A stretch of 30,003 bases of DNA from a virus. Taxonomy: Duplodnaviria; Caudoviricetes. The DNA lies in IMG/VR virus record IMGVR_UViG_3300001866_000030, positions 1 to 30,003 of that record. The stretch is one strand, 5' to 3'. The notes under the pieces are model-generated. The model searched no databases. It was given only the letters and a program-made list of their open reading frames with translations, and was not told where the DNA came from. Positions 25,668 through 30,003 of the stretch are shown one piece after another. The position numbers were made by a program, and so were the translations under genes. Each line of letters opens with the position of its first letter. The first letter of the stretch is position 1.

Positions 25668-25668
25668 G

Positions 25669-25899
25669 ATGGCAAAGCAAATCATACCAAGATTTTGCAT
25701 CGATTGCCGTGAAATTTTCGGTTGCATCGTGGGAGAGGAAAAACGCGATTGCATGACTTGCGTTGAAGTCAACCGTTGCGGATTGAGGTTTGCACAGCCC
25801 GATCCGCGGACAGTTACGGGGGGAATTTGCGCAACTTGTTTCTTCCTTATCAAAGCCAACAAAGCACAAAAAATCACTTCACAACAACCGACAGCCTAA
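25669..25899 (+). CDS. Cys-rich hypothetical protein
   Basis: Eight Cys (CIDC, GC, CMTC, C, CATC); GGAGGTG RBS. Confidence 0.55.
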   Translation: MAKQIIPRFCIDCREIFGCIVGEEKRDCMTCVEVNRCGLRFAQPDPRTVTGGICATCFFLIKANKAQKITSQQPTA

Positions 25900-25915
25900 A
25901 AATAGGCAAAAACAT

Positions 25916-26007
25916 CGGGGGAGTGGTTTTGTGGCTTAACCAAGCCTTTCAACCCTACTCCCCTACTTTCTTTTTGTGTCGCAATTTTCGGCGGGGGAGT
26001 GGTTTTG
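25916..26007. repeat. 16-bp direct repeat pair around a complementary segment; first copy forms a terminator-like stem
   Basis: CGGGGGAGTGGTTTTG at 25916-25931 and 25992-26007; CTACTCCCC at 25955-25963 followed by TACTTTCTTTTTG. Confidence 0.7.
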
Positions 26008-26070
26008 GACATCCATGCGAGAGGGGAGGGGAGGGAATAGCACCACACAATAAACTTTCAAAAAAGCAAG

Positions 26071-26128
26071 TTGACAGAATTGAAAAGTTGGTTGCTATTT
26101 GCATTATTTTATTTTGTGCTATAATAAA
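26071..26128 (+). promoter_or_regulatory. Promoter region for scaffold/capsid genes
   Basis: Extended -10 TGCTATAAT at 26117-26125; a separate TTGACA at 26071 lacks a well-spaced -10. Confidence 0.55.
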
Positions 26129-26197
26129 AATAACAAATTCGTTTTCACGCTTTTCGACATAAAGCGAAAGCATATAAAAATTAAAATCATCAAAACA

Positions 26198-26941
26198 ATG
26201 GCTGATCAAAATCAAGGTGGTGGTGAAAACCAAAACCAAAACGGGGCTAACCAAAATCAAAACCAAGGCGGAGCGGGCAATGGCGCAGGTGAAAACCAAA
26301 ACCAAGGCGCAGGAAACCAAGGCGGAGATGGAGGCGGGCAACAAGGTGGTGAAAAACTTGAAGCGGTTAAAAACGCGGACGGGACAATTACCATCGGCGG
26401 GAAAAAGTATGTTGACGGTGATAGTTATGAAGTGCTTGCAAGCAAACAGCGTCAAGTTACTAAAGAGAAAGAAGAACGCGAGAGGAAAGAAAAAGAAGCC
26501 GAAGATGCGCGTTTGGCTGAACAAGGTAAATTCAAGGAACTTGCCGAAAGCAAAGACAAGGAAATTGAAAACTTGAAAGGCAACTATACCCGCGAGAAAA
26601 AAGTTAATGCTTTACAGGCGGAAGCAATGAAGCTTGGAGCAGTTGATTTGGATGCCGTTGTGAAACTTGCCAATATGGATGAAGTCAAGCTTGCAGAGGA
26701 TGGAAGCATTGACCAAGCCACAGTTACCAAGGTTGTTGAAGATTTGAAAGCAGGAAAGAGTTATTTGTTTTCAGAGGGTGGACAGCGAAACATCGGAAGC
26801 GATGGAGGCGCACCGAATGGAGGCAGTGGCACACCGACTTTCAAACGATCGCAATTGAGGGATCATGAGTTTTACAAGACCCATGAAAAAGAAATTGAGC
26901 AAGCCTACCGAGAGGGAAAGATCGTTGATGATTTAAGTTAA
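26198..26941 (+). CDS. Capsid scaffolding protein
   Basis: ATG 26198; G/N/Q-rich N-terminus, charged coiled coil (EQGKFKELAE), GAVDLDAV, KSYLF, EIEQAYREGKI C-terminal capsid-binding motif; directly before the capsid gene. Confidence 0.85.
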   Translation: MADQNQGGGENQNQNGANQNQNQGGAGNGAGENQNQGAGNQGGDGGGQQGGEKLEAVKNADGTITIGGKKYVDGDSYEVLASKQRQVTKEKEERERKEKEAEDARLAEQGKFKELAESKDKEIENLKGNYTREKKVNALQAEAMKLGAVDLDAVVKLANMDEVKLAEDGSIDQATVTKVVEDLKAGKSYLFSEGGQRNIGSDGGAPNGGSGTPTFKRSQLRDHEFYKTHEKEIEQAYREGKIVDDLS

Positions 26942-26984
26942 TTTTGAAAACACAACCTTTTAATTTATTTTAATTTTAAAAAAG

Positions 26985-27887
26985 ATGGCTAATACAATGG
27001 GCATGACCCAAGGCGCAACTTTCGTCCCCGAAATTGTTGCAAATAAAGCGTTGGGATTGTTGGAGGCAGAACTGCATCTTGCAAAGAATGTTGCAAGGCA
27101 CTATGAATATACCCCAGCAAAAGAGGGCGACAAAGTGATCGTCCCAAAGAGGGGAACTTTGACAGCTAATCAGAAAACCAGCGGTAACGCAGTTACTTTG
27201 CAGAACCCGACTGCTGATAGCGTGGAAGTTGAGCTTAACCAGCATTGGGAAGTTACCTTTGCGGTTGAGGACATTTTGCGAACAAACGCGCAAGGTGGAA
27301 TGGAAATTGATGAGGGTTACATCGCTGATGCAATCCAAGTGCTTGCTGAAAAGATTGAAACCAGTTTGTCAAACCTTGTTACTTCCCTAACAGGAACGAG
27401 AGGAACAGCTGGCGTGGACATAACTGATACCGTGTTGAGACTTTGCCGAGGTGATCTTTCTACACAGAGAGCGCCACAAAGCAACCGTTTCCTTTATCTT
27501 GAACCCGATCAAATCAATGTGATCCTTGGGCTTGATAAATTCGTAAACGCTGAAAAATACGGATCATCTATGCCAGTTATGGAGGGTGAATTTGGAAAGG
27601 TTTATGGCTTCCGTGTGTTTGAAAGTTTGTTTACCAAAGCCGTTGCGGGATCTCCAACCGCTAAATATAACATGGCTATTCATCGCGACGCTTTAGTGCT
27701 TGCTTCAAGACCTTTGAAACAACCTAAAGGCGCAGGTGTTACGGTTGGTTATGTTGAAAAGAATGGAATTGTGATGCGTGTGCTTTACAGCTACAACGCC
27801 GACCAGCTTGCTGATCAAATCACAATCGACACCCTTTTCGGTGTTGCAGTATTGCGACCAGAGTTGGGAGTGAAAGTGCTTTCTTAA
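26985..27887 (+). CDS. Major capsid protein (HK97 fold, P22-coat-like family)
   Basis: FVPEIVANKAL..L, GDKVIVP, GEFGKVYGF.VFES, HRDAL.LA.RPL, DTLFGV..LRPE motifs. Confidence 0.92.
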   Translation: MANTMGMTQGATFVPEIVANKALGLLEAELHLAKNVARHYEYTPAKEGDKVIVPKRGTLTANQKTSGNAVTLQNPTADSVEVELNQHWEVTFAVEDILRTNAQGGMEIDEGYIADAIQVLAEKIETSLSNLVTSLTGTRGTAGVDITDTVLRLCRGDLSTQRAPQSNRFLYLEPDQINVILGLDKFVNAEKYGSSMPVMEGEFGKVYGFRVFESLFTKAVAGSPTAKYNMAIHRDALVLASRPLKQPKGAGVTVGYVEKNGIVMRVLYSYNADQLADQITIDTLFGVAVLRPELGVKVLS

Positions 27888-27902
27888 TCGAAAGTTGGGC
27901 AA

Positions 27903-27936
27903 AAGTCTTGGCGGGGGTTATTCCCCGCCTTGGCTT
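27903..27936 (+). terminator. GC-rich hairpin after the capsid gene (weak terminator or mRNA stabiliser)
   Basis: AAGTC-TT-GGCGGGGG-TTAT-TCCCCGCC-TT-GGCTT; no long U tract. Confidence 0.5.
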
Positions 27937-27968
27937 AGCCGTATAAACAAATAAAACACAAAAATGCT

Positions 27969-30003
27969 ATGAATATTTATTTAGTAGATCCAAGCGGTAA
28001 GATTGAAAAAATAGAAATAAACAGCCAAAAAGAAGTCCGAGAATGGTTAAAAAAGGGCTACCGAAAGGCTACCCCGAACGAGAGAATTGCGTTTTTAAAA
28101 GAAGAAAAAGAAAAGGTTTTGCAACACATTGCAGATGCGAATTTGCTGGATGTGTTTTTTTTATGTCCGAAAAGCGGGAAAAATGACGGTTACAGCACAT
28201 CAAGCAATTTGCTGGCGCGCGAGTGCGAAAGGCACGGCGTTTTTTTAAATAGAATTTACACGGGGCAAAAGGTGGGGCTTGTTTATAATTACCCGTATGC
28301 TTTGGAGGCTATGCAGTGCGATCACAAAGTGCTTTTCACTATGTTTGAAAGCACCAAGATGCCGAGTGATTGGGACAAATACTTGAAAATGGCGGATGAG
28401 GTGATTGTGCCGAGCAAGTTTTGTCAAAGAGTGATGAAAAGCCAGTTTGGCATTGACGCAAAGATTATCAATTTGGGCTATGACGAGCGAAATTATAAAT
28501 ACATCGAGAGAGTGCGCAATGATAAATTCACCTTTTTGCATTATGATGCCTTTAAATGGCGCAAGGGTTGGGATATTGTTTTGACCGCTTTTGACCAAGA
28601 ATTTGATGAAAAGGACGAGGTGAGGCTTATTTTAAAGAGCGTCAAAAGTGATATTACCCCGCCAGTGAGCGCTTATAATAATGTCGAAAAGATAACCGAG
28701 GCTTTAAGCGGTGAGGATATGATGCGCTTGATGGCACGATCGGATTGCTTTGTTTTTCCGTCCCGCGGTGAGGGCTTTGGATTGACCCCGCTTGAGGCTA
28801 TGGCGACAGGAATGCCAGCGATTGCCCCGAATGCCCACGGAATTGCCGAGTATTGGGATTGGGAGATTATGCCTAACCTTGAAATTATGCCGATTAAGGC
28901 GAGATATGACAGCGAGAGATTTTATGGGATGGATCTTGGGGCAATGTTTCAACCGACAGTCCGAAGCGTGAGAGACGCAATGCGCAAGGAATATTTGCTT
29001 TGGCGCACCAATAAGGATCTTTGGTGGGAAAGGACACAAAGAGCCAGTGAGCATGCCAAGGGTTGGACAGTGCAGAAAACAGGGGAGAAATTGGCACACT
29101 TGCTTTTGAATTCATACAAGCGAGCAAGCGAGGATCGAAGTAAAAAGATTGTGTATTTTTCCGAGGATATAAGACACATTACAGGCGGGCGTTATTATTC
29201 TTGGTGGTTGGCGACGGCTTTGAAAGCCAACGGGTTTGATGTGGAAATTTACACCAACAAAATGCCCGTATTTTTAAACGAATTCAAAAGTTATCCACAG
29301 CCGACGGTTTACCTTGTGGATAACCTTGCCGAGGTGGATGTTAAAGCCATGGCGTATTTTGGCAGTCCCGTAACTGGAAACATGAGAGCTTGCCAGCTTG
29401 CCGAGAAATACGGAAAACAGGCTTATTGTGAGATATTTGACCCGTTTCCGATGATGGCGAAATATCGAGGCAAACACAGTTATCCCGAATGGGAGCGACT
29501 GATCCCCGAACTGAAAAAAGATCATGTCAAAATCTTGGCGCTTTGCAATGAGACGAAAAAATGGGTTTATCCTTGGCTTAATAAGAAAAAAAGCGAAGTT
29601 TTCACGGTTTATCCTTGCATAAATTCCCACGAAAGGGACAACAGCCCCGCAGTTATGGAAAAAAAGAATTGGGCGGTTTTCGTTTCCCGCTTGGATAATC
29701 ACAAGCGCTTGCCCCATGTTTTGGAGGCAGTCAAAGCGACCGATCTTGAGTTGCACATCATTACCAGCGTTGACGGCATTGATTTCCCGTCGCTTTTGAA
29801 AGAGTATGACATGGAGGATCGGGTGAAAATTCATTGGTTTGCCAGCGACAAGGAAAAATTTGAGATTATCAAGCAAAGCAAGGTTATGATCAATGGGGCT
29901 ATTTTTGAGGGATTTGGTATGTGGTTGGCGGAAAGTTTGGCTTGCGGAGTGCCTTGCGTTTGCTACAACTACCCTACTTTTCACGAAATTGCGGGAGAGG
30001 ATA
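27969..30003 (+). CDS. Tandem GT4-GT4 (GT-B fold) glycosyltransferase, truncated by the window end (not in ORF track)
   Basis: Open from ATG 27969 to the end. Module 1: FTMFES, DEVIVPSKF, RKGWD, DCFVFPSRGEGFGLTPLEAMATG (EX7E at 28770-28796). Module 2: TGGRYY, VSRL..HK, FEGFGMWLAESLACGVP (EX7E at 29907-29933). Confidence 0.9.
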   Translation, partial: MNIYLVDPSGKIEKIEINSQKEVREWLKKGYRKATPNERIAFLKEEKEKVLQHIADANLLDVFFLCPKSGKNDGYSTSSNLLARECERHGVFLNRIYTGQKVGLVYNYPYALEAMQCDHKVLFTMFESTKMPSDWDKYLKMADEVIVPSKFCQRVMKSQFGIDAKIINLGYDERNYKYIERVRNDKFTFLHYDAFKWRKGWDIVLTAFDQEFDEKDEVRLILKSVKSDITPPVSAYNNVEKITEALSGEDMMRLMARSDCFVFPSRGEGFGLTPLEAMATGMPAIAPNAHGIAEYWDWEIMPNLEIMPIKARYDSERFYGMDLGAMFQPTVRSVRDAMRKEYLLWRTNKDLWWERTQRASEHAKGWTVQKTGEKLAHLLLNSYKRASEDRSKKIVYFSEDIRHITGGRYYSWWLATALKANGFDVEIYTNKMPVFLNEFKSYPQPTVYLVDNLAEVDVKAMAYFGSPVTGNMRACQLAEKYGKQAYCEIFDPFPMMAKYRGKHSYPEWERLIPELKKDHVKILALCNETKKWVYPWLNKKKSEVFTVYPCINSHERDNSPAVMEKKNWAVFVSRLDNHKRLPHVLEAVKATDLELHIITSVDGIDFPSLLKEYDMEDRVKIHWFASDKEKFEIIKQSKVMINGAIFEGFGMWLAESLACGVPCVCYNYPTFHEIAGED

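Larger units (their letters stand above)
1..30003 (+). mobile_element. Siphovirus-like tailed phage genome segment (most of a small genome; no host genes seen)
   Basis: Tail, lysis, recombination/replication, terminase, portal, scaffold and capsid genes are all co-oriented and tightly packed. The window starts in the tail-terminator gene and ends just after the capsid gene, so mainly the neck region appears to be missing. Confidence 0.95.

Noticed and set aside
25916-26007. Mini CRISPR array
   Set aside because: Only two 16-bp copies with a 60-nt gap, and no cas genes.
25776-26162. 128-aa + strand ORF across the intergenic repeat/promoter region
   Set aside because: It overlaps another gene, hairpins and a promoter, and has no protein-like features.
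232-29984. All minus-strand ORFs in the track (e.g. 879-1508, 1641-2531, 23193-23837, 29274-29984)
   Set aside because: They shadow well-supported + strand genes and show no recognisable motifs.

Overview
This window is an almost continuous, one-directional (+ strand) stretch of a small siphovirus-like dsDNA phage genome. Gene order: tail terminator (partial), Com-like Zn finger, tail tube, frameshifted tail chaperone pair, tape measure, Dit, hub and tail/fibre genes; C39-peptidase endolysin with two small membrane proteins; terminator and strong sigma70-type promoter; early genes (3D-domain protein, RecT, a PD-(D/E)XK nuclease-FtsK fusion, replication initiator with iterons and upstream DnaA-box-like motifs, MerR-type HTH, a Dam-family methyltransferase split at a G8 tract, peptide deformylase, a structured RNA in front of DUF5659-like and RusA-like genes); then terminase, portal, MuF-type minor head protein with an ART-like extension, scaffold, major capsid, and a tandem GT4-GT4 glycosyltransferase running off the end. 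No integrase, repressor, tRNA, CRISPR array or reverse transcriptase was recognised. Most starts have A-rich leaders without a Shine-Dalgarno site and TGA is used as stop (code 11). A Patescibacteria/CPR-type host is an inference only. All product calls come from reading motifs by eye; no database searches were run. The best candidates for new biology are the RecT plus nuclease-FtsK module, the ~160-nt multi-junction RNA, the capsid-adjacent double glycosyltransferase, the possibly phase-variable methyltransferase and the MuF-ART toxin/immunity pair.
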